From Pocillopora damicornis (Eukaryota), in the NCBI RefSeq assembly GCF_003704095.1, contig NW_020845941.1, positions 62,001-126,000 on the forward strand: a DNA stretch of 64,000 nt. The letters are read 5' to 3'. The notes under the pieces were generated by a model. It searched no databases and was not told the origin of the DNA. It saw only the letters and a program-made list of their open reading frames with translations. Numbering within the stretch: position 1 is the stretch's first letter; each line of letters opens with the position of its first letter. Below, piece after piece: positions 63,391 to 64,000 of this stretch. A program made the translations under genes and the position numbers.

Positions 63391-64000
63391 AACAAAGCTC
63401 TGAGAGGTAGTACAAAGCTCGCCCTCAGGCTGGGGTGTAACACATGATACTCTTAATTTTTAGTGACTGATCCACAGGGAATTGTGCAAGAAATACAATT
63501 TTGATATGGCAGGAACTTCCATATGTATTATTAACCTAAATCGGTATGAGCCGCAACAAAGGATATGATTTTTGTGTCGTTTTAGTTTGAAAACGGATAC
63601 AAACTGTACATATTTTGGCCTTAAATTAGGTATAATTTTCGGGAAACCAGGAGAGCGTATCATCAGATAAACTTATTTTTTGCTTTTCAACTCCAACCGT
63701 CGAATGGAGAAATAAAAGTAGCCAACTTTATCATTCGAGCAGAATTATGAAACCAATTTCAAGTTTCAGAAGACAGGTCCGAAAACGGGTATGAATTCAG
63801 AAGACAAGTGAGGAAAATGGAATTAATTGATCTAAAATTGGATAGATTTTGAAGAAGCGAACGCCGGGCACAATTTTAAAGATTTTTGCCAAGTGTACCC
63901 CCCGGACAGAATGCTGATTCATGTCAGCCAACCCCCACCAGCTCATCAATTTTCCAGACAGGTCGTCGTAACTTTTTCTAATTTTGGAAGGAGAAGGGTA

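Noticed and set aside
35900-64000. Many 60-116 aa ORFs in the ORF track
   Set aside because: Mostly non-ATG starts, F/K/I/L-biased composition typical of random AT-rich DNA, no recognisable motifs and no spliceable chain found

Overview
Eukaryotic (animal) genomic DNA with GT-AG introns, AT-rich, and three assembly gaps. The repeats and GPCR types suggest a cnidarian, probably a stony coral (inference). I reconstructed four protein-coding genes by hand. (1) A 5'-truncated 11-exon + strand gene (<2-6983) encoding the end of a MIF4G-like domain, a low-complexity region with about 9 'NWRE' repeats, a GxxG KH domain spread over small exons, a second degenerate KH-like unit and a degenerate 4E-BP-like motif. 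This is a Mextli-like translation-regulator layout that the ORF track does not show. (2) A complete 34-exon P4-ATPase lipid flippase of the ATP9/Neo1 class on the - strand (29797-8363, 1160 aa). (3) An NRY-type (melatonin-receptor-like) GPCR with an intronless CDS, nested antisense in ATP9 intron 16. (4) An aminergic-like GPCR with an intronless CDS (35487-34327) and an unusual D3.32/D5.46 pocket. The 28 kb beyond it has no credible coding sequence but holds several candidate minus-strand non-coding first exons. Also present: TTAA-flanked MITEs, SINE remnants, other short inverted-repeat elements, and sharp CpG-depletion boundaries inside gene bodies. All coordinates and family calls were read by eye; no searches were run.
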